DNA of 64,000 nucleotides from Fonticula alba ATCC 38817 (lineage: Eukaryota > Protista > Nucleariida): NCBI GenBank assembly GCA_000388065.2, contig KB932201.1; one strand, written 5' to 3'. The notes beneath the pieces are model-generated. The model did no database searches. It was given only the letters and a program-made list of their open reading frames with translations, and was not told the DNA's origin. The position numbers were made by a program, and so were the translations under genes. This document shows, piece after piece, positions 13,301 to 26,600 of the stretch; position 1 is the first letter of the stretch, and each line of letters opens with the position of its first letter.

Positions 13301-16300
13301 TGTTTCCCCGGGCGACATGCCGGCCGGCCCCAACCGCAGCACACACCAGGAACGGGGGCGGGGGATTGGAAAACCGGACAAAAGGCCCATATTTAATCCC
13401 GCCTGTTTGTGTGCATTTCTCCCCGGATTTCGGAGGCACGCGCTGGTGCGGGGAGGGGGGGCGGGGGGGCCTTTTCGCCCGGTCTCTCATCCCCCCGCCT
13501 CGCTCGCGCCGATCTGGCCGGATTCTCCGGCTCTGGAGGGCCCATCCGGGCCGGCCGTGCACCGAGCCCGGATCCTCCCTCTGGTCCGAGCCTCTGCGAT
13601 GAATCATAAGGCCTCTGTTCGCCGAAAAAGGTCCGACTCTGGGTAGGGGGGGGGGGAGACCGAGCGGCACCCTCAAGTGTCGTACACCTCCAGTACGGCC
13701 TCAGGGGGGGGGGGGGAGGGGGGGATGCGCCCTCTACCCCTGCGTATGGTGTCTGAGGGCCGACCGCCAACTGCTCCGGCTGGCGAGGGCGAGAAAGGGC
13801 GCGCGCGCGCGAGAATGAGAGAGAGAGAGGGAGAGGCCGGGGGAATGGGGGCCATGGGCTGAGCGAGGGCCGGCGCGCCGCGGGGGCTTTTCTTCCCTTT
13901 CGGCAGCATTGCCGCCGTGGCCTCGCGGCCTGAGCAACCACGCCCCCTGTGTGGTGGCCGTGTGCTGGAAGCCGCGAGAGGAGGCGCGCCGGGCCGGCCG
14001 GCAGGCCGAGGCAGCGAGGTGGATCCGGCTGGGGGCCGCCGGAGGGCCGCACACTTGCGATCAGGGCACGGCCGCGCGCCCCTCGCTCCCCCTCGTTCTC
14101 CCCCCCCCCCCCCCCGGGGCGGGGGGGGGGGCCGGGACAGCGGGGGGCCGGGCCCCCCCCCCCACGTGCTCACACATGTATACGCGCGCGTGCGAGCGCA
14201 TGTGTCGGGCGTGTGGGTCCGGGGCGGCGGGCCCCCGGTCACACCGGGGCAAAGCTCCCGGCATGGTCCGCGAGGCCCCTGCCCCGGTGCCACCGGCGGG
14301 GAGGGGGGGGGGGGGGGGGGAGGGGCTGCAACGGCGCGAGTCATGTCGTCTGGCGAATGCCCCTCCCGGGGGCCTGTTCCGGAGGATGCCGAAAACAACG
14401 CGCGCCCGAGCCGGACCCCACACGGATGGCGAACGTCCACCCGCCGAACCGGTCGGCCTCCCTGCCCACTTCCGGGCGGGGGGGGTGGGCCGGGGGCCGG
14501 GCGTCGTGCACGCAGACACATCAGTCCAGGGCGATCATCCTCTGTGCAGTGTACCTGCCTCCATTTGCTCTCCCCCGCCCCTCCCCCCCCCCGCCGGAAT
14601 ACTCGCCCGCGCCGTTTCAGTGCCTTGCCCTGCGCACCCTCCACTGGCTCGGCTGCGTGGGGGGCCTGCCGGGGGGGGGGGGGGGCGAGGCGGCGGGTGG
14701 GCCCAGCCGGGCCGGAGCTGGCCCATGTTGGGTCGGGTCAATGACGCCCAGGGGCGGCGGGGCTCCCTAGCATGCGGTTGTTCTGTCCGACTGCGCGGCC
14801 GATTGTCAGCCTCGTCTCCCCCCTCGGCGCCCGGTGGAGGCCCTTCGGTGCATGTCGTGCGGTGTGAGGCGCCTTGCAGGTTCCCGGCGGCGCAGGCGGC
14901 GAGCCGCGGGCCCACCTGCGGCATTATTTCCCATGGATCCGGCGCCACCCTCCCCCCTCGATTGGCGCGCGCGAGAGCGAGAGCGAGAGCGAGAGACACC
15001 CAGGGAGGGCGGGGGAGGGCAAGCACCCACCCCGACACTCGGCGTGTCAGCGGAGGCGAGACAGCCCCGGGGCGGTGTCCACAGCTTGATTCCTCTTTGA
15101 CTGGGCGGGCACCCTTCCGCCCGTACCCCACTCGATCGCCCCCTCCCCCCCCCCCCCCCGCCCATCGTCGACCTTAGGCGCCAGGGCGGCGACATTCGAC
15201 CACGGCTCCTGCCCGCGTGTCTTCGTCGCCTTCGGTGACCGAGGGGGCCAGGGGGGGGATGGCGCTTTGGCGAGGGGACTTCGGGGCCGTGGTGCCCAGA
15301 CCTGAGTGCGGGCGATCGGGACGTGCGACTGCGTGGAGGATCCTGCCCGTGTCGCCCGGTTCTGGGACACCCGCGGGCAACAGCATGTATTGCCTCTCGG
15401 CGGGGGGGGGGGGGGCACCCTCTGTTGTTTACCGAATCCCCCCCCCCCCCTTGGCCCTTGCCCTCGGGGCCCAGGTGTCGATCTGGTTCCGGGGGCGTCC
15501 ATCCAGCGATCAAGGCCGGCCTTGGGCGTCTGGCTGGGCGCACATGCGCGCCCGCGCGCGCACGCCCGCGCGCTCGCCCCACGTTTCCTCGGTCCTGAAT
15601 TTGGCAGCGCACCATGTCGCCGGGTATTGTGTCGGGCGGGCTGCTCCCACGGGAGCCCGCCCGCCCGCCCGGAGGGTGCCTCCGCACCCACGCGCGCGCG
15701 CGCGCACACTCAGGCAGCCCATTGTATATTGTTTCGCTGCATGTTTGCCCGATGAGCGCCCCGGCTGCCGTGCGAAGGGGGAAGGTGTGCCCCTTGCGGG
15801 CCCCGTGCATGCCGATTGTGTTCGGTCTGCCGCCCGGCCGCGGCGGCTGACAAACGCACCGAGGGCCCCGGAGCCGACGCCCGGGTCGCAGGGCCCCTGT
15901 GTGACTAGCCGCGCGGGTCTACCTCCTCTTCGCGGGGCCCAGGTGGCAAGGCTCAGGTCCGAATGCGTGCAGGGTTGGCGGGGGGGCGGCGGTGCGGCCG
16001 AGGCGACCACGGACCCGGGGGTGCACCTCCACCCACACATCCACACCCACTGCCTCCGCTGGACATCCGGCACATCAAAGGCACCCCACCTGACCGCCCT
16101 TCGCCCTCGCCTGAGGCCAGGACAACGATCCCTCCCCCCCTCCCCCCCTCNNNNNNNNNNNNNNNNNNNNNNNNNNNNNNNNNNNNNNNNNNNNNNNNNN
16201 NNNNNNNNNNNNNNNNNNNNNNNNNNNNNNNNNNNNNNNNNNNNNNNNNNNNNNNNNNNNNNNNNNNNNNNNNNNNNNNNNNNNNNNNNNNNNNNNNNNN

Positions 16301-16718
16301 NNNNNNNNNNNNNNNNNNNNNNNNNNNNNNNNNNNNNNNNNNNNNNNNNNNNNNNNNNNNNNNNNNNNNNNNNNNNNNNNNNNNNNNNNNNNNNNNNNNN
16401 NNNNNNNNNNNNNNNNNNNNNNNNNNNNNNNNNNNNNNNNNNNNNNNNNNNNNNNNNNNNNNNNNNNNNNNNNNNNNNNNNNNNNNNNNNNNNNNNNNNN
16501 NNNNNNNNNNNNNNNNNNNNNNNNNNNNNNNNNNNNNNNNNNNNNNNNNNNNNNNNNNNNNNNNNNNNNNNNNNNNNNNNNNNNNNNNNNNNNNNNNNNN
16601 NNNNNNNNNNNNNNNNNNNNNNNNNNNNNNNNNNNNNNNNNNNNNNNNNNNNNCCCCCCCCCGCCCTCCTTGCCGCTCCCCCATGCTCTGTCCTCCCACG
16701 GCCGACATCCCAAAGACC

Positions 16719-19700
16719 ATGGCGGCCCCGACCAAGAGCACTCTCGTCACATACAGCCGTCGTGGCCCGCGCACGGTGGCCTACTTTAATCAGTCCGCCC
16801 CGACTGGCAATGCGTCGCTCTGGACCCCACGACGTGCGGGCATCTCGGCCGGCGATGCATCCCGGTCGCCGGCCTCCAGCTTCGGCGCCGGGGCCTTTCG
16901 CGGCGCCGCGGCCCTGACCGGTGTGGACCTGCACCGGAGCGCTTCGGCCGACTCGCTGGACTCCCTGATGACCAGTCGCAGCAACCGCAGCACCGACTCC
17001 CCCAGCAGCAGCAGCTACGAGGACTCGGACTCGGACATCTCCTCGGACAGTGGCCTGTCAGATGGCGAGTCGGACGGCGAGTCGGACAGCGGCTCCGACT
17101 CCGATGAGGTCATGGACCTGGCGGGGCCGTCGACCCCACCGCCGGCGGTGGCCTCACGCGCCCATCAGCAGTCCTTCCTGCCATCGCAGCCGGGCTCCCG
17201 GGCCACGGCGGCCGGGTCTCCGGATGACGCGCATCTGCAGCAGCTCCTGCTGGCCGGCCTGCTGCCGGCATCATTGAGCCCCGGGCAACTGGCCGATCGC
17301 CGGCGCATTGTCCTCGCCTCATCGCCCATGGTCCGGCGCCTGAGCAGCTCGGTGGCCCTGGCCGGTGCGGCGTCCTCCCCGCTGATGGCTCCCCACTCGC
17401 CCGGAGCAGCCATGTCTCCGCGTGGGGTGCGCGTGGACTTGGCCACCGGCGGCGGCTTGGCCCTCACCTCGCCGACACTGAATGCCCCCTCCCTGTCGGC
17501 GCCCCTGTCGCCGGCGGCGGCCCTGCGCAATCCGCATCTGGCCGTGTCGGCCGGGCGCATCGTCGAAATCCATCCTCAACCCACCTCCGGCAGCATGAAG
17601 ACCGCCTTCGGCACGCCGAGTGCTTCGCGCCGGCGGCCGGCTCCCGCCGGACCGGCTGTCGGTGGCCCACGTCGTGCCTCGGCCTTGCCGCTGTCCTCCC
17701 TGCTGGAGGTATCCCACTCGTCTCCGGTGTCGCTGCTTCTGGCCACCGGGCCGGACCATGGCCAGGGCACCCTCCTTTCCGATGGGGGGGAGGACCACCC
17801 GGAGGCCGCCGGCCCCGAGGACCGGATCCCGGCCAGCAGCTTCGGAATCAATCTTGCCAGCCAGCCGGCCAGTGCCAGTGCCTCGAGTGACTCGCTGGGC
17901 CCGGGTCCGGGCCCGGGCCCGGGCCCGGGCTTGTCAGCCCTGCGTCCGCGTGGCAGCGTCGTCTTGCCGAATGCCCCGGTTGGCGGCGGGTCGGAAACCC
18001 TCACCCGGTCATCCTCCTTCTCGGCGTTGAGTCACTTTGCTCGGGCCGTGGCCCCGGCCGGGGTGGCCCAGCCGGCGCCCCTGCGCCCGACCTCCCCCGC
18101 CACCCGGCGTCCTGGTGACCCGGAGTCCGAGGATGAATTCAGCTTCGAGGAGGCCCTCAATGCCATTGTCCTCAAGCAGCAGCAGCAGGAGCGCGAAACG
18201 CGCGAGCGCCGGCAAGCGGCCAAGCCCCAGCGCCGGCCCAGTCGCCTGCGTGGCAGTCGCCGGGGCAAGGGCTCCGCCACGCCGGCGGCCCCCTCGGCCG
18301 AGGGTGCCGCCCTGCGCAGTGACACCGGCCTGGTCTTCGACTTCCGGCCGGAGCCCGTCATGTCCCTGGAGGAGGCCCTCGGCATGGGGCCGGTTGATGA
18401 CTCTTCCGATGACGAGCTTGTCTCGACCGCCAGCTCAAGCCACAGTGCCAGCTCCGCGGGCTACTTTTCGCGGATCTGGCGCATGGCCACCGGCTCCAGC
18501 CACGGCCATGGCAAGCAGCGTGGCAGTGGCGGTGACGCTGGTCGTGGCCCGCATGCGACTGGCTCTCATCGGTCCTCCTCCGGGTCCGGGTCGACTCCGG
18601 GCCTGGCTCCGATTTCGGACCCCACCCTGGCGGCCCCCCCGGCGTTGGCCCCGATCTCGACATTGCCCTTGGCGGCCGGTCCCGTCTTGGAGATCCTCCC
18701 CCAAGCAGGCCACCAAGACCCCTCCTCGGTCCCGGGCTCGACCGACATGCACAGTCTGTCCCACCACACCGACGAGTCGTCCTTCGATCAGACGGACCCG
18801 CTCCTGTCGACGCAGGACTCGATCATGGAAATCCCCCTGAAGCTGGGCGCCGGGGATGGGGACCACATGTCGCCGGAAGCGGCCGCCGAGGCCGAGATCC
18901 AGGCGCGCGAGCTCCTGTCCCTGCGCGAGGCCCTTCGTATTGCGGTGGAAAACCCCTCGCAGGAGCACTCGGATATCCAGCTTCTGACCATCGGCGATGC
19001 GTTGTCGATTGTGGTTGACCAGCAGCAGCGCCAGTATTTGGCACAGAATGAGGATCGGCGGCAGCAGCGCCGCCGCGAGCGCGAGCTACTGGCCGCCCAT
19101 CGGCTGGGCGCCGAGTCGCCTGGCGGGCCGGCGACCGCTTCCGACGACGCTCCCTCGGCCCCGGGGTCGGAGCAGCTTCACCCCATCGACTTGACGGCCA
19201 CCGATGCCTCTGCCACTTCCAGCCAGGAGGAGTTCGACCCCCTGGCCACTGGCGACTCGTTGACCGAGGCCATTGTCACCGGGGCCGGTGTCGACCGGAC
19301 CGTGTGGACTCTGTACTCGGCCCTGCGGCTGTTTGCCTGGCGCCGAGGCCGGCGGCTGCTGGCCGAGGAGTTGGAGGACTCGATCCAGGCGTCGCGCTCG
19401 GCCGACTTTGCCGAAGCCCTGTCCCTCTCGGCGGAGCACCTGCCGCGGGATCACAGCCGCGAGCTCCTGTCCCTGCAGGAGATTCTCTTTGCCGGGCGCC
19501 TGTCGCCGGTTCCCTCGGGGACCGACCTGCCGGCTGCCGGGGAAGGGGCCGGCTTCCATCTCGAGGGGCCCGTGGATGATGTCCGCATTCGTCGGGCATC
19601 ATCCGGTGTGCTGTTGAGCTTCGAGGAGGCATTGAAGCTCAGTGTGGAGGAGCTTCGTCGGTCGGCGGTCCCCTCGCTCACCGGGTCCCCGAGCAATGGG

Positions 19701-20649
19701 GCTCGCGTGGGTGGCGGCTCGGTTGGGAGTGTGGCCGCCGCGCGCAGCCCCTCCGGCGAGTGGGCCCCCATCGCTCCTCGGCCCTTGGAGCTGGCCCCCT
19801 CCGGGTCTGGGACTCTCCGAAGCACCGACAGCAGCCAGTTGATTTCCCTGTCGGAGGCCCTGCTGTTGGCCGCCAGTCCGGGCCCCTCGCGCCGGCAGTC
19901 CATGATTTTGCCCGGCCAGCTGGACATCCTGGCACCTTTGAATTTCGACACGGTCCCGGCCGGCCCCGGTGCCCGCCCCGAGTCGGCTGTCGGCCCGTGG
20001 GCCAATGGCCCGCCGCCGGGCAAGGGCCCGAATCGTGCTGGGCCACACCCGCTGGCGCAGCAGGATGATGCGTCATCCGACCTGCTGGGCAGCACCGGCG
20101 GCAGCTCGCTCATGGACACCGATTCGTCGGACTACCTCATGTCGACGGCCCTCTCCTCGCAGTCGGCCATGGACCGGTATCTGGAAGACAGCATGGCCAC
20201 GTACCACCACTCGGTGGAGCCGGGCTCCTATGCCCACGATCATCACCTTCATCATCAGCCTGGTGGCCACCACCCGGGTGATGATGGCCACCATCCCGAG
20301 GGGTTGATGCTGGCGCCGGCCCCGGGTGCTGGGACTCCGGGCACCAGCCAGTCGCCACTTCTGTCGCTGGCGGATGCCCTGATGCTGGATTGCCCATCGC
20401 CGATGGATGTCGAGCCGCCGATGCTGGCGGCGCCGGTCGACAAGAAGCGCGCCGATGGCGGAGCCGCGGCCAGCAAGCGGTCGCGCTTCCGCTTCCCCTG
20501 GTCCAGCCACAAGCCGGCGACCACCACCGAGGCCAAGGCCTCGGGCGCCTCGGCACCGGCCATGGTTTCACAGTCCTCCTTCCCGCTCTTGGGTCCGGAG
20601 CCAGGGGCCGCTTCCTATTCGGAGGCGCTGCCCAGCATGGCCACCGAGC

Positions 20650-20700
<51 letters not shown>

Positions 20701-21194
20701 TCCTGCCACAGGGCAGCAAGGAGCCCGGCCCCGCGTCCGCGGTCACCGGCAACAGCCGCATGCGCCAGCTGCTGGAGAAGCGCAATGCCGAGGCACAGCT
20801 GGCTGCCGAGCGGGCCTCCGCCGCCTCCGAGGCCGAGTCCCGGCGGAACCTCACCGCCGTGACCCAGGCCCATCGCCAGGGGTTCCTGGTGGACAGCAGT
20901 GTGGACAATCTGCACCAGTTGGTCCAGGCGGCGCCGGCGGCGCCGGCTCCGGATCTGGCGCCGGCGGCGTCGGCGGCCGCACCAGCGGCGGCCGCGGTGC
21001 CGATCATGTCGCCGACCTTCATCCGGTCGGCCTCGGTTCCCACGGATTTGGCCAACCTGGATCTGGGGCACATTGTGAAGAGCGAGTACTCGGCCGAGGT
21101 TCGGCGCCAGCAAAGCCAGTTGGCATCGATGCTGGCCGCCGACGACGAGCATTCCACCTCGGCTCTGGCCCCGGCCCTGGCCCTCGGGAGTGGG

Positions 21195-21240
<46 letters not shown>

Positions 21241-22912
21241 TTTCGCCCGCTTTGCCGCCGATCCTGAATCCGGTGGTCGCGTCCCCGGCTCCGGCGAGCT
21301 TTATGCGCTCTCCGCGCCCGGCATTCTTCCCGGACCCGTCGACCCAGCAGGAGGGCCCGGCAGCGACGGCGGACCTGCGGTCGCTGTCGGAACTGCTGGC
21401 CCTTTGCGCCCAGTCGCGGCCGGTGTCCTTCAGTTCGGTGATTGGTGCAAATGCCCTTGGCCGGTGTACCAAGATCGGCGAGAGCACCTTTGCTGAGGTC
21501 TTCTCGCTGGCGTGCGATGTCCCGTGTGCTGGCCCGAAGGGCAGTGCCTGTACCGGGAGCGGTGTGGCCCCGCGGCCTCCCCCAGCCGGGGTTGTCCTGA
21601 AGATCGTGCCCTTCAACGTCGGCTCCTTGTCCGGCACGGAGGGCGAGGGGCTCTCGGCCAATGAGGTGTACCAGGAAATCCGCATCACCCAGCAGCTTTC
21701 CGGCCTGGGCACCTTGCGCCAGGGTGGCAGTCCCACCGGAGGGGCTGCTGGCCGGGCGGCGCACTTCGCTTGTACCGATTGCCTGCCGGCCGGACATCCG
21801 GATGCCGGGGCCTTTGTGGCGGATGCCGCTCTCCAGGGCCCGGTGTCGCCCGGGTCCGGTCGGGAGCGCCGGATTTACACCTCTTCCTTCGTGCGTCTCC
21901 TCGGGGCCGGCATCTGCCATGGTCCCTTCCCGACGGAGCTCCTGACCGCGTGGAATGCCTTCCGGACGGCTGAGCCGGCGCGCGCCGTCAATCCCTCGCC
22001 CGCCGGTCTGCCCGCATCGCAACTCTTCGCGGTGATTGTGCTCGAACACGGCGGGACCGATCTCGAGCACTGCATTCTCCCCTCGCGCGTGGCTGCTCGG
22101 TCGATCCTCTTCCAAATCTGCCTGTCCCTGGCTTCGGTGGAGGCCTCGCATCAGTTTGAGCATCGTGACCTCCACTGGGGCAATGTCCTGGTGACGGCAT
22201 CGACGCCGGCCGGGCGCCGGCCCTCACTGCCGATCCTCAGCAGTGACGTCGACTCGGCTCCCTTCATGTTGGATGGCAACCTGGTGTCCATCGAGAACCA
22301 TGGCGTCCGGGCGACCATCATCGATTACACCCTGTCGCGCATGTTCCACAAGGATGAGCTCCTCTTCGTGCAGCTCGATGATGAGTCCTACTTCGAGGGT
22401 CGTGGTGCGTGTGCTCTCCTACTCCCCGTCCCTCTCCCGGCGGCCTCTGTGCTACCTCCTCCCCCCCCCATTTTCCTCTTCCCATCTTCACTTCTTCCCA
22501 TCTTCACTTCTGCTCGCTCGCTGGCCACGCTGACCATCAGTGCCCTTCATTTCTCCCCCCCCCCCTCTCTGTCTCTATCTTTCTCCTCTCTTTCCCAGGC
22601 GACTATCAATTCGATGTATACCGCAAAATGCGCCAGCTGACAGACAACGAGTGGGCAGCCCATGTGCCGGCCACCAATGTCTACTGGGTCTACTACCTGG
22701 CCGATAAGCTGCTGAACAGCGTGAAGTACGCTCCTCGGCGTGGGGACCCCGAGCGTCGACGCCAAGATGCGGGTGAGCGCTCGGCCCTGGCCAGCTTCCT
22801 GAAGCGCGTCCGGTCCTACGAGTCAGTCGGCCAGTTGGTCCGGGACCACTACTTCGCGGACCTTGTCACGGATGTGGCCATGCTCAACCGCATGCTTGTT
22901 CGCTTCGACTAG
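16719..22912 (+). CDS. HASPIN: Haspin-family kinase with a very long disordered N-terminus (~1999 aa); exons 16719-22404, 22599-22912
   Basis: C-terminal domain has CTKIGESTFAEVF, VVLKIVP, FEHRDLHWGNVLV, IIDYTLSR, EGRGDYQFDVYRKMR and W..HVPATNVYWVYYL, which are diagnostic of haspin. Spliced CDS is 6000 nt. The start codon is inferred, as the gap at 16151-16653 lies just upstream. Confidence 0.92.
20651..20699 (+). repeat. (CAG)n polyglutamine tract in haspin; second tract at ~21197-21239
   Basis: Pure CAG runs encoding roughly 16 and 14 Gln. Confidence 0.95.
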
Positions 22913-23693
22913 GGGAGAACCTCCTCGGTGAGTGTCCCCCCCCCCCCCATCAATCCCCTCCGGCCGTCCCCGCTGTGTGGGTGACTTGCTTTTTCCATCC
23001 CCATCCCCTGCCCTCCCCCTCTTTCCTTGTCTGGCCTCTTTTTTTGTGTCTGGCAGAATGCGCGGCATCTCCACGGTGCGCCTTCTCTGCCGAGCTGAGA
23101 GCTCTCCAAAAGAGCATTTCCCTTTTCGCCTTCCTACATGTGGGCCCATCCCGCGATCGCAATAGACTCTTCCTCCCTCCATTGGCCTGTCTGCCTGCCT
23201 GGCTTGTGTCTATGCAAGTGTATTTATTATTGATCAAGTGTACCTCCACAAGAGGGAAATGAGGTGGGATGGAGGATTGTACCATTTAGGGGAGGAGAAG
23301 AGATGGAGGAGGGGGACACAGGGGACATCCCCATGGTAGATGTCCAGGTCAAGAGGAGAAGGACGCACGTGTGCATGCTTACACACGCGCAGGCTTGTGC
23401 GCCATTTATCAGGGTGCGCGCCGGGGAGGGCGTGGAGGGAGAGAGAGAGAGAGGGGGGGATCCGGCGGCGGAAAAGAAGGGCAGTGGCCGGAGGGGGGCA
23501 TGGAAGAGATACTAACGCATGGCCGATGGGAGCTCCCCGTCCCCCTGGACGTTCACCATGAAAGGGACAGCATCAGGCGTGAGCCTGCTCCATGTCCTTG
23601 GGAAGAAAGGGGGGGGGGGGATCACAGGAATCGAGTCACGCCTGGAGGTGCGTCATCATCGTCTTCCCTTTCCTCTCGTGTCGGTCCTCCTCC

Positions 23694-26600
23694 TTAGTCA
23701 AGAGCCGGAGCGGCCGGGATCTCCGGCTCCGGCAGGGGCAGGTCGCCGAAAATGTACGGGAAGGCATCCTGGAAGCTGTTGGCGAAGATGGGCGACACCC
23801 CGGCCTTGAGCGAATCATCAAGCTTATCCCAATCCGGACGGTTGGCCTCCGGGAGAACAACACACCGAACATTCAGCCGATGGGCGGCCACAATCTTCTC
23901 CTTGACACCGCCGATGGCCAGGAGCTTGCCACCCAGCGACAGCTCGCCGGTCATGGCCACATCGCAGCGAGCACCCCGGCCGAGGGCCAGGCCCACCAGC
24001 GACGTGGCAAAGGTGATGCCAGCGCTCGGGCCATCCTTGTAGATGGCGGCCTCCGGCATGTGCAGATGGATGTTCGGGGTCCGGCGGAAGAAGTTGTTCT
24101 CCGGGTAGTGGGTGGCCACATAGTGGCGAGCGAAGGTCAGCGCCAGGGCCGTGCTCTCCTTGATGATCTTGCCCAGGTGGCCGGTTTCCTGGAGGGTGGT
24201 GGTCACGCGCTCCGGCAGGGCCGGCCGGCCGGGCGGCGTGGCCGGGGTAACACCCTCATCATTGATGATGGCTCCGGTGGAGGAGACCTTCTCCTCCGGG
24301 ATCTGCTCCAGGGCCAGGGCCTCGACAAAGAGGAAGGATCCACCAATCTGGGTGTAGGCAAGAACCTGGACCACACCCGGCGGCAGGAACCCACTGTCGG
24401 AGGTGTAGATGCGCGCATCGCCATGAGGCGACGGGCCAAGGAGGCGCTCCAGGTCCGGCTTGGTCAGACGGATTTCCTGGTCGACCGGGCGCTCCTCCAG
24501 GACAATGTCATAGGCCAGGGCCTGCATCAGCCGGTCGACGGACTTCTTGAGCGACCGGACACCGGCCTCCTTGGACCACTCATCGGCCAGGGAGCTCAGA
24601 GCGCGCGGATCGAAGGAAATCCGGTAATCCGTCAACCCGGTGGCCTTGATGGACGTGGGGATGAGATAGCGCTCGGCAATGGCACGCTTCTCGCTCGGGG
24701 TGTACCCACTGACATCGATCACCTCCATGCGATCCAGCAAGGGCAGGGGGATCTCGTTCTTGGCATTGGCTGTGCACACGAAAAGGACATCGCTCAGGTC
24801 AATCGGGAAGTCCAGGTAGTTGTCCACGAAGTTGTAATTCTGCTCCGGGTCCAGGATCTCCAGGAAGGTAGACGCCGGATCCGAGGAGTTGCCGCTCTTG
24901 CGGGCCGACAGCTTGTCGACTGAAAGGTGGATGTTGACGGGTAATGGTGAGACATATGCGAGGGAGAGAGAGGGGGGAGGGAAGAGAGAGGGGGAGGGAA
25001 GAGAGAGGGGGAGGGAAGAGAGAGGGGAGGAGAGAAGACGAGGAAAAGAGGGGAAGACANNNNNNNNNNNNNNNNNNNNNNNNNNNNNNNNNNNNNNNNN
25101 NNNNNNNNNNNNNNNNNNNNNNNNNNNNNNNNNNNNNNNNNNNNNNNNNNNNNNNNNNNNNNNNNNNNNNNNNNNNNNNNNNNNNNNNNNNNNNNNNNNN
25201 NNNNNNNNNNNNNNGGGGGAGGGAAGAGAGAGGGGGAGGGAAGAGAGAGGGGGAGGGAAGAGAGAGAGGAGGAGAGAAGACGAGGAAAAGAGGGGAAGAC
25301 AAGAAAAAGAGGAGAAGACAAGAAAAAGAGGAGAAGAGAAGAAAATGAGGAAAAGACACAGGATGCCACCAGTTCATGGACGCACTCTCATCAATCAGAA
25401 TCAGTGGGTTGAAGGTGCCAGACCGGCGAATGGCCGAAACCACCTTACCAGGCAGGGCCCCAACGTAGGTGCGCCGGTGGCCCTTGAGCTCGCTCGAGTC
25501 GCCCATACCACCGACGGCGATGCGAGCATACTTGCGGCCGAGAGAGGCAGCAATCGACCGAGCAATGGATGTCTTGCCGACACCCGGCGGACCCACCAGA
25601 AGGATGATCTTCGGCGAGGGGACCTCACTCAGGCGCTTCTGGTTGTACTCCTCCTCCATGCGGCGGTAGCGCTCGAGTTGCTCATCCGGGCTAATGTCCG
25701 ACGGGGTGGCGGCGGAGCCGCTGCCAGCGGCACCGCCGGTCGGGGCACTGGACGAGGGGTTGTTGTGGCGGAACTCCGAATCGGCCTCGATGATGCGGAA
25801 GAACTCGTCGAAGGTCTTGGCATTGGAGCCAATCGGGGACTTGCGCACGGTCGGGTCATCCAGAGCATCGGGATCGGCCTTGTCGCCGGCCATCGAGGAG
25901 CCGGAGTCGTCCGAGGCCGGGGCCCGGTCGGTCAGAAGCTCCTCGGCCATGGCATCGCCAGGAGAGGCGACATCCGAGGAGGCACCGGCCTCCTTGGGGC
26001 GGTTCTCGGCGATGAAGCGCTCCCGCGCGGCGGCCTTCAGCTTGGACGAGGCAACAAAGTGCATGATGCGCTTCTTGACATCATCCATGCCAAAGTGATC
26101 CTCGTCCAGGATCTCACGCGTCCGACGAACATCAAACTGCTCCTCGCTGGTCACCCCCCAGGGGAGGCTGAAGATGGTGTCGATGTAGTTCCGGGTGATG
26201 GACAATTCGGAGGAGTGGGTCTCCGTCCCGCCCAGGCGATTGATCTCCTCCTCCAGGGCGCGCAGCACCGGGAAGGGCAGCACCGAGCGGATCTTCTCCA
26301 GCTTGGCGCTATACCGCTCGAAGAGCATGTCGGCACTGGAGTTGTCCACGCCGAGCTCCCGGCGCAGGGTGCGCATCTTCTCGCGGATGGACTGCTCCCG
26401 CTGGCGCTTGAGCGTGGCGGACTCGATGTTGCTGGACACCTTGATGTTGATCTGGGCATTGATGATCTCGCGCTGGAGGAGAACCAGGAGCTTCTTCATG
26501 CGCAGGCTGAGCAGCGGCGTCTCCAGCAGGTCCTGCAGAGCCAGCGGCGACGTCTGCGGCAGGAAGGAAGACACGATGTCCACAAACTGCTGGGGCGACC

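Noticed and set aside
24974-25301. Near-identical ~80-bp purine-rich sequence on both sides of the gap in the Lon intron
   Set aside because: Most likely overlapping contig ends or a collapsed low-complexity repeat, so an assembly artefact rather than a mobile-element terminal repeat.
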